Positions 34,642-47,465 are shown, numbered from the stretch's first letter. The stretch: DNA of 64,000 bases from Candidatus Omnitrophota bacterium (GCA_041648975.1 JBAZNZ010000006.1:5723-69722); one strand, 5' to 3'. The notes: a model not told the origin generated them from the letters alone. Translations and numbers: made by a program.

Positions 34642-37600
34642 ATGGTCGAGGATATCGGTTATTTTAATGCAATAACCATAAAGATAGCGTCACCCCAGGT
34701 CGTGAAGTCATGGTCTAAAGGCGAAGTCAAGAAGCCGGAGACTATCAACTACAGGACGCTGAAGCCCGAGAAAGACGGACTCTTCTGCGAGAGGATATTC
34801 GGGCCTACCAAAGACTATGAATGCAATTGCGGGAAATATAAGCGCATAAAGCATAAGGGCATCATATGCGACAGGTGCGGGGTAGAGGTCACCCGCTCCA
34901 GCGTTCGCAGGGAGAGGATGGGCCATATAGAGCTCTCCTGTCCGGTGTCGCATGTTTGGTTCTTTAAGGTCATGCCGTCAAGGATCGGTATCATGCTGGG
35001 CATAACTTCCAGAGAGTTGGAGAAGGTGCTCTATTACGAAGAATACATAGTCATCGATCCGGGTGAGACATCGCTGAAGAAGATGGACCTGCTGTCCGAA
35101 GAGCGTTATAAAGAGTTCAGGGAAAAATTCGGCCAGAAATTTACGGCTAAGATGGGGGCTGAAGCTATAAGGGATCTGCTTAAAGACATCGACCTCGATA
35201 AGCTGGCCTCGAAGATAAAACGCGAGATCAAAGACTCCAAGTCCGATAACATCCAGAAGAAGAGCGTAAAGATCCTCAGATTCATAGAATTGTTCAAGAA
35301 TTCAGGAAACAAGCCGGAATGGATGATATTCGACATATTACCGGTCATCCCTCCCGACCTAAGGCCTCTCGTGCCGCTTGACGGCGGGCGGTTCGCGACA
35401 AGCGACCTTAACGACCTCTATCGGCGTGTGATAAACAGGAACAACCGGTTGAAGAAGTTGATAGAACTGAAGGCGCCGGAGATCATCATAAGGAACGAAA
35501 AGCGCATGCTCCAGGAGGCTGTCGACGCCCTCTTCGATAACGGACGTCACGGAAAGGCCGTTCTGGGCCCCGGCAACAGGCCTTTGAAGTCGCTGAGCGA
35601 TATGTTGAAGGGAAAACAGGGGCGTTTCAGGCAGAACCTGCTGGGTAAGAGGGTAGATTATTCCGGAAGAAGCGTTATAGTAGTCGGTCCTGAGCTGAAG
35701 CTCAAAGAATGCGGGTTGCCAAAAAAGATGGCTCTTGAACTCTTTGAGCCTTTTATTATAAAGAAACTGAAAGAAAAAGGGTTTGTCCATACGATAAAGA
35801 GCGCCAAAAAGATGGTCGAGAAGGCGAAGCTGGAGGTTTGGGACATTTTGGACGATGTTATAAAAGACCATCCCGTTATGTTAAACAGAGCCCCGACCCT
35901 GCACAGGCTGGGTATACAGGCGTTCCAGCCGATACTGATCGAGGGCAATGCCATTCGCATACATCCGCTCGTCTGTACAGCTTTCAACGCGGACTTTGAC
36001 GGTGACCAGATGGCGGTGCACGTTCCTCTTTCTATCGAGGCGCAGACCGAGTGTAAACTGCTCATGATGGCCACAACAAATATATTTTCACCGGCAGACG
36101 GCAGGCCGATCACGAGCCCGACCCAGGATATTGTCCTCGGATGTTACTATATGACGAAGGAGAAGCCCGGCGCCAAGGGCGAAGGAAAGATCTTCAGCTC
36201 GTCCGAGGAAGTCGTTATCGCTCATAATGACGAAGAGGTCGATTTGCACGCGAAGATAAAGGTCGACATAGGCGGCAAGCTTATTGAAACAACGGTTGGC
36301 AGGGTCTTATTTAACCTTCTTCTGCCCGAAGGCATAGTCTATGTGAACGAGACTATGAGCAAATCCAAATTAAGCAAGACCATATATAGCTGCTACAAGA
36401 CAAAGGGACATCAGGTGGTCATAAAGCTGCTCGATGATCTCAAGAGGGCTGGATTCGAAGAGGCGACGAAAGCGGGCCTATCGATATCCGTAAATGACCT
36501 GCAGATACCGAAGAAAAAAGACGAATATCTCCAGAAGACGATCACAGACGTCAACCACGTCGAAGAGCAGTATAAGAGAGGGCTCATAACAGACCGCGAG
36601 CGTTATAATAAGATCATAGACCTGTGGACACATGCGACCGACGACGTATCGGACCTCATATTCCAGGAACTCGATTCGTTCAATCCTATATTCATGATGG
36701 CGGATTCCGGCGCACGCGGTTCGAAGCTCCAGATCAGGCAGCTCGCCGGCATGAGAGGACTGATGGCAAAACCTTCCGGAGAGATTATAGAGACCCCTAT
36801 CAAGGCTAACTTCAGGGAAGGGCTGACTGTGCTGGAGTATTTCATATCTACGCACGGCGCGAGAAAAGGTCTGGCAGATACTGCGTTGAAGACAGCTGAT
36901 TCCGGATACCTTACTCGCAGGCTCGTCGATGTGGCGCAGGACGTCATAGTCAGCGAAGACGATTGCGGGACGTTGAACGGTATATTGATAAGCGCGATCA
37001 TCGAAGGCGACGAGGTGGTCGTGAAGCTGGCCGAAAGGATAATAGGAAGGGTCGCGCTCGACAACATAGTCGACGTTATAACAGATACGGTACTTGTAGA
37101 AGCGGGCGCCGAGATTACCGAAGAGAAGGCAAAGCAGATCGAAGAGGTCGGCATAGAGAAGATCAGGATCAGGAGTGTTCTTACTTGTGAATCAAAGCAC
37201 GGATGTTGCGTAAAATGTTACGGAAGAAATCTCGCAACGGGCAGGATCGTTGAACTCGGTGAGGCAGTCGGTATAGTTGCGGCACAGTCTATAGGTGAGC
37301 CCGGTACGCAGCTGACGATGAGAACATTCCATATAGGAGGAACCGCCTCGAGGATAGTGGAGCAGTCATTTACTGAATCGAAGTATAAAGGTATGATAAA
37401 ATACCACAATTTGAGGGTCGTTGCAACCAAGAAAGAAGGCGAATTGGTCGTCCTGAACAGAAACGGCCAGGTGAGCATCAATGATCCGCAGGGACGCGAA
37501 CTTGAACGATATACGATCCCCCAAGGGGCTATATTAAGGGTTGAAGACGGTAAGCCGGTAGAAGAAGGTTCGATATTCGTGAAATGGGATCCCTACACTG

Positions 37601-38694
37601 TACCCATCCTTACAGAAGTTTCCGGCAAGACAAAGTACGAGGACATCAAAGAAGGCGTTACCATGAAGGAAGAGCTCGACCCCGCGACGAAGTTGAAGAA
37701 CCGCGTCATCGTCGAGCACAAAGGCGACTACCATCCTCAGATACTTATATTAAACAAGGACGGAGAGGTTCTCGCTATATACCCGATCCCTGCCGGCGCC
37801 CATATCGTAGTACATGATGGTAAAGGGGTTACTGCCGGAGAGGTTCTCGCTAAGACTCCCCGCGTCTTCGGTAAGACCAAAGATATAACCGGAGGTTTGC
37901 CAAGGGTCGCTGAGCTCTTTGAGGCAAGACGGCCTAAGGATCCCGCCATCATAAGCGAGATCGACGGTTTAGTAGAATTCGGCGAGTCGAAGAAAGGGCA
38001 GAAAAGGGTCATAATCACATCCCCGACAGGTATGAAGAAAGAATATGTCATTCCGCACGGAAAACACCTTAACGTGTATAAGGGCGATAAAGTCACAGCG
38101 GGCGAGCAATTGATAGACGGTCCCGTAGTCCTGCAGGACATCTTGAGGGTTTCCGGAGATAAAAAACTTCAGGAGTATCTGGTAAATGAAGTTCAGGAAG
38201 TTTACAGGTTGCAGGGCGTCAATATTAACGATAAGCATATCGAGGTCATAGTGCGGCAGATGCTGCGCAAGGTGAGAATAGAGAACCCGGGAGACACGAC
38301 GTTCCTGATGGGGCAGCAGGTCGATAAGACCGTTTATATTGAAGAGAATAAGAGGGCGACCAAGAAGAAAGGTAAGGGGGCAAGTGCGGTGCCTGTGTTG
38401 TTGGGTATAACGAAGGCGTCGCTGAACACCGAGAGTTTTATCTCGGCCGCAAGCTTCCAGGAGACGACCAGGGTGCTGACCGAAGCTGCCGCAAGCGGCA
38501 AGACGGATAACCTGATCGGGCTGAAAGAGAATATCATCATGGGCCATCTGATACCGGCTGGAACTGGTTTTGATTTCCACAGGAACATATCGATAGTAAA
38601 GCATGTGCTGGACGACGCCAAGAAAGACAAAGAAGAGACTAAAGAAGATAAAAAGGGGAGCACAAAAGAAGATAAAGCAGGGGAGCAGGGATAA
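34642..38694 (+). CDS. rpoC: DNA-directed RNA polymerase subunit beta'
   Basis: 1350 aa with Zn-binding [23 protein letters not shown] and catalytic NADFDGDQM. Confidence 0.97.
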   Translation: MVEDIGYFNAITIKIASPQVVKSWSKGEVKKPETINYRTLKPEKDGLFCERIFGPTKDYECNCGKYKRIKHKGIICDRCGVEVTRSSVRRERMGHIELSCPVSHVWFFKVMPSRIGIMLGITSRELEKVLYYEEYIVIDPGETSLKKMDLLSEERYKEFREKFGQKFTAKMGAEAIRDLLKDIDLDKLASKIKREIKDSKSDNIQKKSVKILRFIELFKNSGNKPEWMIFDILPVIPPDLRPLVPLDGGRFATSDLNDLYRRVINRNNRLKKLIELKAPEIIIRNEKRMLQEAVDALFDNGRHGKAVLGPGNRPLKSLSDMLKGKQGRFRQNLLGKRVDYSGRSVIVVGPELKLKECGLPKKMALELFEPFIIKKLKEKGFVHTIKSAKKMVEKAKLEVWDILDDVIKDHPVMLNRAPTLHRLGIQAFQPILIEGNAIRIHPLVCTAFNADFDGDQMAVHVPLSIEAQTECKLLMMATTNIFSPADGRPITSPTQDIVLGCYYMTKEKPGAKGEGKIFSSSEEVVIAHNDEEVDLHAKIKVDIGGKLIETTVGRVLFNLLLPEGIVYVNETMSKSKLSKTIYSCYKTKGHQVVIKLLDDLKRAGFEEATKAGLSISVNDLQIPKKKDEYLQKTITDVNHVEEQYKRGLITDRERYNKIIDLWTHATDDVSDLIFQELDSFNPIFMMADSGARGSKLQIRQLAGMRGLMAKPSGEIIETPIKANFREGLTVLEYFISTHGARKGLADTALKTADSGYLTRRLVDVAQDVIVSEDDCGTLNGILISAIIEGDEVVVKLAERIIGRVALDNIVDVITDTVLVEAGAEITEEKAKQIEEVGIEKIRIRSVLTCESKHGCCVKCYGRNLATGRIVELGEAVGIVAAQSIGEPGTQLTMRTFHIGGTASRIVEQSFTESKYKGMIKYHNLRVVATKKEGELVVLNRNGQVSINDPQGRELERYTIPQGAILRVEDGKPVEEGSIFVKWDPYTVPILTEVSGKTKYEDIKEGVTMKEELDPATKLKNRVIVEHKGDYHPQILILNKDGEVLAIYPIPAGAHIVVHDGKGVTAGEVLAKTPRVFGKTKDITGGLPRVAELFEARRPKDPAIISEIDGLVEFGESKKGQKRVIITSPTGMKKEYVIPHGKHLNVYKGDKVTAGEQLIDGPVVLQDILRVSGDKKLQEYLVNEVQEVYRLQGVNINDKHIEVIVRQMLRKVRIENPGDTTFLMGQQVDKTVYIEENKRATKKKGKGASAVPVLLGITKASLNTESFISAASFQETTRVLTEAAASGKTDNLIGLKENIIMGHLIPAGTGFDFHRNISIVKHVLDDAKKDKEETKEDKKGSTKEDKAGEQG

Positions 38695-38699
38695 TACAA

Positions 38700-39101
38700 A
38701 TGCCGACGATAAACCAGCTTATAAGATTGGGAAGAGAAAAGTTCAAAAACAGGAGCAAGTCGCCCGCTCTCAAGGGCTGTCCGCAGAGAAGGGGCGTGTG
38801 CCTTCAGGTAAAGACGCAGACTCCCAAAAAGCCGAATTCAGCGCTGAGAAAAGTTGCCAGGGTAAGGCTGACGAATTCAATAGAAGTCACATCTTATATA
38901 CCGGGAGTCGGCCATAACCTGCAGGAGCATTCCATAGTGTTGGTCAGAGGCGGCAGAGTAAAAGACCTTCCGGGTGTCAGGTACCACATCGTGAGAGGAG
39001 TGCTCGACACGGCAGGTGTGACCGACAGACGTAAATCGAGATCGAAATACGGAGCAAAAAAACCGAAAGATAAGGCAGCGCCAGGTAAAGCCGCAAAATA
39101 A
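38700..39101 (+). CDS. rpsL: 30S ribosomal protein S12
   Basis: MPTINQLIR...[11 protein letters not shown]. Confidence 0.95.
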   Translation: MPTINQLIRLGREKFKNRSKSPALKGCPQRRGVCLQVKTQTPKKPNSALRKVARVRLTNSIEVTSYIPGVGHNLQEHSIVLVRGGRVKDLPGVRYHIVRGVLDTAGVTDRRKSRSKYGAKKPKDKAAPGKAAK

Positions 39102-39119
39102 AAAAGGTAAGGATAATCG

Positions 39120-39587
39120 ATGAGAAGACGCAGAGCTGATAAGAGAGAGATCATACCGGATCCAAAATATAAGAACGCCACTGTGGCAAGATTTATCAAT
39201 ATAATGATGCTGCAGGGCAAGAAGTCTACCGCGGAAAAGATAGTTTACAAGTGTTTCGGCATATTAGGCGAGAAGACCGGTAAACCGCCTCTGGAGGTTT
39301 TTCTGAAAGCTCTCGATAACGTCAGGCCGTTATTGGAAATAAAGCCGAGAAGGATCGGAGGAGCAACATATCAGGTCCCTATCGATGTTAAGTCAGAAAG
39401 AGGTATTTCTATCGCGATGAGGTGGATACGGAACTTCGCGCGAGCGAAGAAGGGCAAGCCGATGGAGATAAAGCTTGCGGATGAGATGTTGGAGGCTTAC
39501 AAAGGAGAAGGCTCTGCCATGAAGAAGCGGGAAGATACACATAAGATGGCTGAAGCGAATAAGGCCTTCGCTCATTACAGATGGTAA
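39120..39587 (+). CDS. rpsG: 30S ribosomal protein S7
   Basis: Conserved S7 sequence and str-operon position. Confidence 0.95.
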   Translation: MRRRRADKREIIPDPKYKNATVARFINIMMLQGKKSTAEKIVYKCFGILGEKTGKPPLEVFLKALDNVRPLLEIKPRRIGGATYQVPIDVKSERGISIAMRWIRNFARAKKGKPMEIKLADEMLEAYKGEGSAMKKREDTHKMAEANKAFAHYRW

Positions 39588-39607
39588 GCGAGGACGTTGA
39601 TAAAAAA

Positions 39608-41704
39608 ATGACTACAAAAGACACAAGATTATTTAATTTAAGGAACATAGGCATAATAGCGCATATCGACGCCGGCAAGACGACGACGACCGAACGCATG
39701 CTATTTTTTACCGGCAAGGTATATAAGATCGGCACTGTCGACGAGGGGACCGCAGTAATGGACTGGATGGTCCAGGAGCAGGAGCGCGGTATTACTATTA
39801 CGAGCGCCGCAACCACCTGTTTTTGGAAAGACAAGAATATCAATATTATAGATACCCCCGGCCACGTCGACTTTACGGTAGAGGTCGAGAGATCCCTTAA
39901 GGTACTTGACGGCGCCGTTGTTGTTCTCTGCGCCGTTGGAGGCGTCCAGCCCCAATCCGAGACCGTATGGCGCCAGGCGGAGAAGTATAAAGTTCCAAGG
40001 ATCGCTTTCATCAATAAGATGGACAGGACCGGCGCGAACTTCTTTAAGGTTCTTGATGATATGCGCGAGCGATTGGCGGCGAATCCCTTGCCGCTCCAGA
40101 TACCTATAGGTGCGGAAGACAAGTACCAGGGGGTCATAGATCTTATAACGATGAAGGCTATAATCTACTTAGGCAGCGAAGGAAAATCCGGGTTTGAGGT
40201 TACCGACATACCCGAGGACTTGAAGAAATTGGCGAGCAAGTACAGGCATAATCTGATAGAGAAACTAGGCGAGGTAGACGAGACGGTCATGGACAGGTAC
40301 ATCAATGAAAAAGGACTCTACCCTCATGAAGTAAGGAATTTTATCAGGAAAGCTACATTAGCCGCAAAAATAATTCCCGTATTCTGCGGCGCTTCCGCGA
40401 AGAACAAAGGCATAGAGCCTTTATTGGACGGTATCTGCGATTTCCTGCCGTCGCCGCTCGACCTTCCTCCTGTCAAAGGGATCAACCCGGAGACGGAAGA
40501 AGAGGTGACGAGAGAGCCGTCTGAAAACGAGAAGTTCTGCGCGCTTGTATTCAAGATCAAGGCCGATCCGTTCGTCGGAAAACTGGCTTACGCGCGCGTT
40601 TATTCCGGGATACTCGATCCGGGGCAATATGTTTACAATTCCAAGAAAGATACAAAAGAACGCATCGGCAAGATATTGAAGATGCATGCAAATAAGCAGG
40701 AGATCGTCGATAAGGCGATGGCCGGCGATATCGTCGCGCTCGTCGGGTTGAAAAATACGACGACCGGCGACACCATCTGTTATGAAGACAACCCCATTGT
40801 CCTGGAGACGATGCATTTTCCGGAACCTGTCATATCTATGGCGATAGAGCCTAAGACAAAGGCAGACCAGGAAAGGTTGGGTTTGGCTATGAACAGGCTC
40901 GCGGAGGAAGACCCGACTTTTAAGGTAACCTACGCTAAAGAGACCGGGCAGACGATAATAAGCGGCATGGGCGAACTGCATCTGGAGATAATAGTCGATA
41001 GGATGTTCAGGGAATTTAATGTCGCGGCCAATGTGGACAAGCCTCAGGTAGCTTATAAAGAGACTCTGACCAGGCAGGTCAGGGCCGTAGGCAAGTTTAT
41101 ACAGCAGAGCGGGGGCAGGGGCCAATACGGGCATGTCGTGCTGGATGTAGCGCCGGCGCAGAAAGGCGCAGGCGTATTATTTGAGTCGAAGATCATAGGC
41201 GGCGCCATTCCCCGGGAGTATATCTCGTCCGTCAAAGAGGGCGTGATAGATGCCGCCCAGAACGGGCAGCTTGCCGGATATCCCGTGACTGATATCGACG
41301 TGAAACTGGTAGACGGTTCTTATCACGAAGTAGATTCATCCGACCTGGCGTTCCATATGGCGGGCTCGATCGCCGTGGGTGAGGCGCTCAGGACCGGGGG
41401 ATCGATACTTCTTGAGCCTATCATGAACCTGGAAGTAATTACTCCGGACAATTATATGGGCGACGTTATCGGAGATCTCAGTTCGCGCAGGGTAAAAATA
41501 GAAGCCATTACGGACAGGTTGAATATTAAAGTCATACGAGGGTTCGCGCCGTTAAGCGAGATGTTCGGTTATGCGACTACCGTAAGAAGCCTTACGCAGG
41601 GACGCGCTTCTTACACCATGGAGCCTTCCTATTATCAGGAAGTGCCTAAAAATATATCGGAAAAAATAATAGAATTAAGCGGACGCGTTAAAGAAAGAAA
41701 ATAA
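39608..41704 (+). CDS. fusA: elongation factor G
   Basis: [23 protein letters not shown]. The ATG at 39608 ([13 protein letters not shown]) is preferred over the 39581 start, which overlaps rpsG. Confidence 0.93.
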   Translation: MTTKDTRLFNLRNIGIIAHIDAGKTTTTERMLFFTGKVYKIGTVDEGTAVMDWMVQEQERGITITSAATTCFWKDKNINIIDTPGHVDFTVEVERSLKVLDGAVVVLCAVGGVQPQSETVWRQAEKYKVPRIAFINKMDRTGANFFKVLDDMRERLAANPLPLQIPIGAEDKYQGVIDLITMKAIIYLGSEGKSGFEVTDIPEDLKKLASKYRHNLIEKLGEVDETVMDRYINEKGLYPHEVRNFIRKATLAAKIIPVFCGASAKNKGIEPLLDGICDFLPSPLDLPPVKGINPETEEEVTREPSENEKFCALVFKIKADPFVGKLAYARVYSGILDPGQYVYNSKKDTKERIGKILKMHANKQEIVDKAMAGDIVALVGLKNTTTGDTICYEDNPIVLETMHFPEPVISMAIEPKTKADQERLGLAMNRLAEEDPTFKVTYAKETGQTIISGMGELHLEIIVDRMFREFNVAANVDKPQVAYKETLTRQVRAVGKFIQQSGGRGQYGHVVLDVAPAQKGAGVLFESKIIGGAIPREYISSVKEGVIDAAQNGQLAGYPVTDIDVKLVDGSYHEVDSSDLAFHMAGSIAVGEALRTGGSILLEPIMNLEVITPDNYMGDVIGDLSSRRVKIEAITDRLNIKVIRGFAPLSEMFGYATTVRSLTQGRASYTMEPSYYQEVPKNISEKIIELSGRVKERK

Positions 41705-41714
41705 AGGAGAGTTT

Positions 41715-42911
41715 ATGGCAAAGGAAGCGTTTGTAAGATCTAAGCCGCACGTGAACATCGGCACAATCGGCCATATCGATCACGGCAAGACTACTTTGAC
41801 GGCAGCAATTTTAGCGACCCTTGCCAAAAAGGGCAAGGCGCAGGTTAAGTCCTACGCCGATATCGCCAAGGGCGGCACCGTCAGGGATGAAACCAAGACC
41901 GTTACTATCGCCGTAGCGCACGTTGAATACGAGACCGAGAAGAGGCATTACGCCCATATAGACTGCCCCGGACACGCCGATTACATCAAGAATATGATAA
42001 CCGGAGCCGCGCAGATGGACGGAGCCATACTTGTGGTATCGGCAGTGGACGGCCCGATGCCCCAGACAAGAGAGCATATCCTCCTGGCCCGCCAGGTCAA
42101 TGTCCCTTCAATAGTCGTATTCCTCAATAAAGTAGACCTTGTGGAAGACAAGGAACTCGTGGACCTGGTCGAGCTGGAAGTGAGGGAGCTTCTCACCAAG
42201 TACCAGTTCCCCGGAGACAAGACCCCCGTGATAAGGGGCAGCGCATTAAAAGCGATGTCGGCGCCCGATAACCCGGAATCCACAAAGAGCATATTCGAGC
42301 TCATGGAAGCATGCGATACGTTCATCCCCGAGCCCAAGAGGGACATAGATAAACCCTTCCTCATGCCCATAGAAGACGTCTTCTCGATAACAGGCCGCGG
42401 CACAGTAGGAACAGGCCGGGTCGAGAGAGGCCAGATAAAGGTGGGCGAGGAGATCGAGATAGTAGGCATACGCCCCACAAAGAAGTCCGTAGTCACGGGC
42501 GTTGAGATGTTCAGGAAGCTGCTCGATTCAGGACAAGCCGGAGACAACATCGGCGTCCTGTTAAGGGGTATCGAGAAGACAGACCTCGAGAGGGGGCAGG
42601 TCCTGGCAAAGCCGGGTTCCATCACCCCTCACACCAAGTTCAAGGCAGAGGTATATATATTGAGCAAAGAAGAAGGAGGCCGTCACACGCCCTTCTTTAA
42701 CGGTTACCGCCCGCAGTTCTACTTCAGGACCACAGACGTCACGGGAGTAGTAACCCTCCCCAAAGAGGTCGAGATGGTCATGCCCGGCGATAACGTAAGC
42801 TTCGAAGTAGTTCTGATAACCCCGATAGCCATGGAAAAAGAGTTGAGGTTCGCCATACGTGAAGGCGGACATACTGTTGGCGCAGGGGTCGTAACCGAAG
42901 TCATAGAATAG
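41715..42911 (+). CDS. tuf: elongation factor Tu (copy 2, same predicted protein as copy 1)
   Basis: Same 398-aa protein and same nested-ORF pattern as 26158..27354. Canonical str-operon position after fusA. Confidence 0.95.
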   Translation: MAKEAFVRSKPHVNIGTIGHIDHGKTTLTAAILATLAKKGKAQVKSYADIAKGGTVRDETKTVTIAVAHVEYETEKRHYAHIDCPGHADYIKNMITGAAQMDGAILVVSAVDGPMPQTREHILLARQVNVPSIVVFLNKVDLVEDKELVDLVELEVRELLTKYQFPGDKTPVIRGSALKAMSAPDNPESTKSIFELMEACDTFIPEPKRDIDKPFLMPIEDVFSITGRGTVGTGRVERGQIKVGEEIEIVGIRPTKKSVVTGVEMFRKLLDSGQAGDNIGVLLRGIEKTDLERGQVLAKPGSITPHTKFKAEVYILSKEEGGRHTPFFNGYRPQFYFRTTDVTGVVTLPKEVEMVMPGDNVSFEVVLITPIAMEKELRFAIREGGHTVGAGVVTEVIE

Positions 42912-42919
42912 AGAAGAAT

Positions 42920-43234
42920 ATGGCGCAACAAGAGATTCAAAAAATCAGGATAAAGTTACTTGCTTATGACAACAGGCTATTGGATCTGTCCGCGCAGGAG
43001 ATAGTGGAGACGGCCAAACGCACCGGTGCCGGTGTTGCCGGACCGATACCTCTCCCGACCAGACGCGAGATATTTACGGTCTTGAGGTCGCCTCATGTGG
43101 ACAAGAAGTCCAGGGACCAGTTCCAAATAAAGACACATAAGCGGATACTGGATATAATAAACCCGACGGCAAAGACTATCGATGCCTTGAAGAAGCTGGA
43201 CTTACCGGCCGGCGTTTATGTGGAAATAAAATAG
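42920..43234 (+). CDS. rpsJ: 30S ribosomal protein S10
   Basis: [15 protein letters not shown]... Confidence 0.95.
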   Translation: MAQQEIQKIRIKLLAYDNRLLDLSAQEIVETAKRTGAGVAGPIPLPTRREIFTVLRSPHVDKKSRDQFQIKTHKRILDIINPTAKTIDALKKLDLPAGVYVEIK

Positions 43235-43273
43235 TTCATAGCTGATTGTTCGTAGTAGATAGAAGGGGAAGGC

Positions 43274-43978
43274 ATGATAGGATTATTGGGTAAAAAAATA
43301 GGAATGACGAACATATTCGATGAAAGCGGCAGGAACATCCCCGTCACTCTCGTCGAAGCAGGACCATGTTATATCCTCCAGATCAAGACAATGGAGAACG
43401 ACGGCTACAATGCCCTGCAGATAGGCTTCGGCGCGAAGCGAGAGAAACTTGTCAATAAACCCGATAAGGCAAGATTCAAAAAAGCCGGCGTTGACGCGGT
43501 CCGTTTCGTAAAGGAATTGAGGGTCAATGATGTCGCGCCTTATAAGCTAGGGCAGAAGATAGAAGTGGATGTATTTGCCAAAGGCGATTACGTTGATGTC
43601 GTCGGCACATCGATCGGTAAAGGATTCCAGGGCGGCGTTAGGAGATGGAATTGGAAGGGCGGTCCGGGCGGGCACGGTTCGATGTTCCACCGCGCCGTAG
43701 GCTCCATCCAGTCCGGCGCAAGACTTGGCAGAGTGACAAAAGGGCATCATTTGCCCGGGCATATGGGTGTTGACAGGATAACGATACAGAATCTGGAAGT
43801 CCTGGATGTTGATAAAGAGAATTCTCTTATAATTATCAGGGGCTCGGTTCCGGGGCATAAGAACAATTTTCTTGTGGTTAAGGAAGCCAGAAAGAGGCCA
43901 AAAGGATTCGTAAAGGCCAAAGCCGTACAGGTCTCATCTAAGAAGAGCGTTAAAGCCACGGTCGGCAAGAAAAAATAA
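43274..43978 (+). CDS. rplC: 50S ribosomal protein L3
   Basis: Conserved L3 and S10-operon order. Confidence 0.93.
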   Translation: MIGLLGKKIGMTNIFDESGRNIPVTLVEAGPCYILQIKTMENDGYNALQIGFGAKREKLVNKPDKARFKKAGVDAVRFVKELRVNDVAPYKLGQKIEVDVFAKGDYVDVVGTSIGKGFQGGVRRWNWKGGPGGHGSMFHRAVGSIQSGARLGRVTKGHHLPGHMGVDRITIQNLEVLDVDKENSLIIIRGSVPGHKNNFLVVKEARKRPKGFVKAKAVQVSSKKSVKATVGKKK

Positions 43979-43988
43979 AAGTGAGCAT

Positions 43989-44711
43989 ATGAAATCAAAG
44001 ACAAGAGCACAGAGGACGAAGACAAGAGCAGATTTAAAAAAGCGGGTATCTACAGCTAAGAAAGCCGCTCCCGGCGAATTTAAAGGCTTCTCCATACCTA
44101 TTTATAATGTCAAGGGTAAGGAAGTCGGGACGTTTGATTTTAATAAGAAGATATTCGACGGGGAGGTCAACAAGAAGATCCTCTACCAGGCTATCCTCAT
44201 GTATAACTCGAATAAGCGCCAGGGAAATGCCGCGACTAAAACGAGAGGCGATGTATCGGGCGGTGGGAAGAAACCTTTTAGACAGAAGGGTACGGGAAGG
44301 GCTCGCGCAGGTTCTACGCGTTCACCTCTTTGGAGGCACGGCGGCACCGTATTCGGTCCGCACCCGAGAGATTTCCATTACAGCATACCGAAACAGATGA
44401 AACGGCTGGCATTCCTGTCGATCATAAATTCGAAGCTTAACGACAATAAGGTTATAGGCATAGACTCTTTAGTCCTGGAGGAAGCTAAGACTAAAAAATT
44501 CAAAGGCATAATGGATGCACTGAAGCTCCAAGGAAAGAGCCTGTTCATCCTGGACGCCGTAGACGAAAAGATAATGAGGGCGTCGAGGAATCTCCAGGAG
44601 GCCGATATAAAAAATTACAGGGATTTCAGTACGCTTGATGTGCTCAAATGCGACACCGTAGTCATGACTAAAACAGCTTTAGAAAAGCTGCCGGAAAGGT
44701 TTAAAAACTAA
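43989..44711 (+). CDS. rplD: 50S ribosomal protein L4
   Basis: S10-operon order. Carries an N-terminal K/R-rich extension. Confidence 0.9.
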   Translation: MKSKTRAQRTKTRADLKKRVSTAKKAAPGEFKGFSIPIYNVKGKEVGTFDFNKKIFDGEVNKKILYQAILMYNSNKRQGNAATKTRGDVSGGGKKPFRQKGTGRARAGSTRSPLWRHGGTVFGPHPRDFHYSIPKQMKRLAFLSIINSKLNDNKVIGIDSLVLEEAKTKKFKGIMDALKLQGKSLFILDAVDEKIMRASRNLQEADIKNYRDFSTLDVLKCDTVVMTKTALEKLPERFKN

Positions 44712-44989
44712 TGAAGGCGCCTCAGGATATAGTAAAAGGGATGATAAGGACCGAAAAGGGTGCTATGCTTATGCCGCTCAATAAGTACCTTTTCTGGGTC
44801 GATAGTGACTCCAATAAGATAGAGATCAGGAGAGCGATTGAGGAAATGTATAAAGTCAAGGTCAGCGCCGTAAACACCATAACGATGCGCGGCAAGATGA
44901 AACGCGTCCGCTACAAGATGGGCAAGACACCTGATTGGAAGAAAGCTGTAGTCACATTAAAAGAAGGGAGCAAGATTGATGTTACGTAA
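44711..44989 (+). CDS. rplW: 50S ribosomal protein L23
   Basis: S10-operon order, 92 aa. Confidence 0.9.
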   Translation: MKAPQDIVKGMIRTEKGAMLMPLNKYLFWVDSDSNKIEIRRAIEEMYKVKVSAVNTITMRGKMKRVRYKMGKTPDWKKAVVTLKEGSKIDVT

Positions 44990-45094
44990 TGTTGCGTAAG
45001 GTTAGTGAATGTTGCGTAAGGTTACAAAGACTAAAATAACCTTACGTAACCTTAATTAACCTTCCTTAACTTTACATAACCTTGCTTTAATATT
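44990..45094. repeat. structured 105-nt rplW-rplB spacer with tandem ATGTTGCGTAAGGTTA (x2) and its inverted complement TAACCTTACGTAACCTTA, plus an AACCTT run
   Basis: A 14-bp hairpin is possible (GTTGCGTAAGGTTA / TAACCTTACGTAAC). These two genes are normally tightly linked. Confidence 0.5.
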
Positions 45095-45913
45095 ATGGGA
45101 ATAAAAAAATTCAGACCGATGACACCGGGGTTAAGACATACGGCGATTTCCAATTTCGACGAGCTCACAAAGGGAAAACCGGAGAAGAACCTGCTCGTCG
45201 CGTTGAAGAAATCAGGGGGAAGGAATAACCGCGGCAGGATCACCTCGAGGCATCGCGGCGGCGGCCATAAGAGGATGGGGCGCATAGTTGATTTCAGGCG
45301 CGATAAGTTCGATGTGCCGGCCAAAGTCCTTGCGATAGAATATGACCCGAATAGGTCAGCGCGCCTCGCGCTTGTCCAGTATACTGACGGCGAGAAACGC
45401 TATATCATCGCCCCGGTAGGATTGAGCGTAAAAGACGAAGTAATATCAAGTAAGACCGCCGAAGTAAAAGTCGGCAATTCAATGCAATTGTCCAATATAC
45501 CGGCGGGTATCCCTATCTATAATGTAGAGCTTAAAAAAGGTTCGGGTGGGTGCATCGCGAGGTCGGCAGGTAATTCATGCCTCATAATGGCCAAGGAAGG
45601 CGACTATGCGCATGTCAAACTCCCGAGCGGCGAGATAAGGCTCATTAGCGTCGAGTGCATGGCAACTATCGGGCAGGTGGCAAATATCGAGCACGAGACG
45701 ATATCGATAGGCAAGGCCGGCAGATCCAGGTGGATGGGCAAAAGGCCGTATTCCAGAGGAGTCGCGAAGAATCCCCACGACCATCCGATGGGCGGCGGCG
45801 AGGGTAAGGCAACAGGCGGATTGCCAAGATCCCCGTGGGGCCAGTACGCAAGGGGATTGAAGACGAGAAAGACTAAGCATTCGGATAAATTCATAGTGAA
45901 ACGGAGAAAATAG
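45095..45913 (+). CDS. rplB: 50S ribosomal protein L2
   Basis: Conserved L2 ([19 protein letters not shown]). Confidence 0.95.
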   Translation: MGIKKFRPMTPGLRHTAISNFDELTKGKPEKNLLVALKKSGGRNNRGRITSRHRGGGHKRMGRIVDFRRDKFDVPAKVLAIEYDPNRSARLALVQYTDGEKRYIIAPVGLSVKDEVISSKTAEVKVGNSMQLSNIPAGIPIYNVELKKGSGGCIARSAGNSCLIMAKEGDYAHVKLPSGEIRLISVECMATIGQVANIEHETISIGKAGRSRWMGKRPYSRGVAKNPHDHPMGGGEGKATGGLPRSPWGQYARGLKTRKTKHSDKFIVKRRK

Positions 45914-45914
45914 A

Positions 45915-46199
45915 ATGTCGAGATCGACCAAAAAAGGCCCGTTTATTGATGAAAAGCTTTTGATCAAGGTGCAGAAGGTAATTAAGTCCGGCGATAAGAA
46001 GCCTATAAAGACATGGTCCCGCAGGTCAACTATAACTCCGGAATTCGTAGGGATCACACTGTCTGTCTACAATGGCAAGAAGTTCCTGCCGGTGTATGTC
46101 ACGGAGAATATGGTTGGACATAAGTTAGGCGAATTTGCTCCTACCCGGGTATTTAAGAAACATGGAGCGGCCACAGAGATATCGATGGAGAAAACGTAA
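45915..46199 (+). CDS. rpsS: 30S ribosomal protein S19
   Basis: [12 protein letters not shown]... canonical. Confidence 0.95.
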   Translation: MSRSTKKGPFIDEKLLIKVQKVIKSGDKKPIKTWSRRSTITPEFVGITLSVYNGKKFLPVYVTENMVGHKLGEFAPTRVFKKHGAATEISMEKT

Positions 46200-46255
46200 T
46201 TTGTTAGTTGTAAGTTATAAGTGGTAAGTTGTAAGTAAAAAAGGAAGCAAAGATA

Positions 46256-46771
46256 ATGGTGACAAAAGCAGTAGCTAGATATATAAGGATAAGTCCGAGG
46301 AAGTTCAGGCTCATAATCCCTCTTGTAAAAGGGAAGAATCCCGAGGCGGCGATAGCGATACTGATGAACGTAAAGAAGGGCGCGTGCGTTTACGCTATCG
46401 AATTGCTCAAATCCGCTATTGCTAACGCAAAACGGAAACAGGGTGTTGACGTCTCAAACCTCTATATATCCAGGTTCTTTGCCGACTGCGGCCCTACGCT
46501 GAAACGGTTCAGGGCGGCCTCTATGGGCAGGGCGAGCACTATAAGAAAGAGGACTTCGCATATTACGGTAGAGTTGGACGAGTTTACAAACAAGAAAGAA
46601 AATAAGCGCGTCGAAGCGGCGCATGCCGGAACCAGGGCCCATAAAGAAGACGCTCAATACGCCGTTAAAGCAAAAGAGAAAGATAAGGCTAAGGATGCGG
46701 CAGCGCACGCAAAGCCGCATAAAGCCAGAGAGACTAAAAAGGCCGAATCGGGCAAAAAAGGTAAGGAGTAA
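46256..46771 (+). CDS. rplV: 50S ribosomal protein L22 with a roughly 55-aa basic C-terminal extension
   Basis: L22 core then K/A/E-rich tail. Confidence 0.9.
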   Translation: MVTKAVARYIRISPRKFRLIIPLVKGKNPEAAIAILMNVKKGACVYAIELLKSAIANAKRKQGVDVSNLYISRFFADCGPTLKRFRAASMGRASTIRKRTSHITVELDEFTNKKENKRVEAAHAGTRAHKEDAQYAVKAKEKDKAKDAAAHAKPHKARETKKAESGKKGKE

Positions 46772-46772
46772 G

Positions 46773-47447
46773 ATGGGACAAAAGGTTCATCCATACGGGT
46801 TCAGGGTAGGGTACATATACGACTGGAAATCTCGGTGGTAGTCGACAAGGCAGGAATTCGCTAAGCTCCTGATAGAAGATGTTAAAATACGGAAATACAT
46901 AAAGAAGGTATTGTCCGCCGCCGCCGTTTCCAAGATAGAGATCGAAAGGGCGAGCGATAAGATAAGGATCATGATATTTTCGGCCAGGCCGGGCATAATA
47001 ATCGGCAGGCGCGGATCCGAGATAGAGAAATTGAAAGAGACGCTCCATTCGATAGCCGGCAGAGAGGTCCTGATAGATATTAAAGACATCAAGAACCCTA
47101 ATGTAGACGCCCAGCTTGTGTCGGAGAACATAGCGTTCCAGATAGAGAAGCGCATACCGCACAAACGCGCCATGAAGAAATCCATACAGAATGCGCTTGA
47201 TAGCGGAGCTAAAGGCGTCAAGATCCTGTGCTCCGGGAGGCTCGGCGGCGCCGAGATCGCGCGCAGAGAGAGTTATCGCGTCGGATCAATACCCGCGCAG
47301 ACGCTGAGAGCGGATGTGGATTACGGATTTTCCGAGGCTGTAACTACCTACGGGTTGATCGGCGTTAAGGTATGGATATATAAAGGCGACAGGGTGCTTG
47401 ATAAGAAGGTTGAAGATACGACAGTAGAAGAGAAGAAACAGCTATAA
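46773..47447 (+). CDS. rpsC: 30S ribosomal protein S3, reading frame interrupted by an in-frame TAG at codon 23 (46839..46841)
   Basis: Translates [89 protein letters not shown].... This is colinear with S3 across the stop, with no frame change. The TAG sits where Tyr/Phe is conserved (W-[YF]-A). Confidence 0.8.
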
Positions 47448-47465
47448 CATAGCGCGAGGGATTTC

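Noticed and set aside
46839-46841. Alternative genetic code (TAG reassigned) as the explanation for the in-frame TAG in rpsC
   Set aside because: TAG terminates both tuf copies, rplK, acpS, nnrD, map, infA and rplQ exactly at their conserved C-termini. Genome-wide reassignment is therefore unlikely. A local error or site-specific suppression remains possible.
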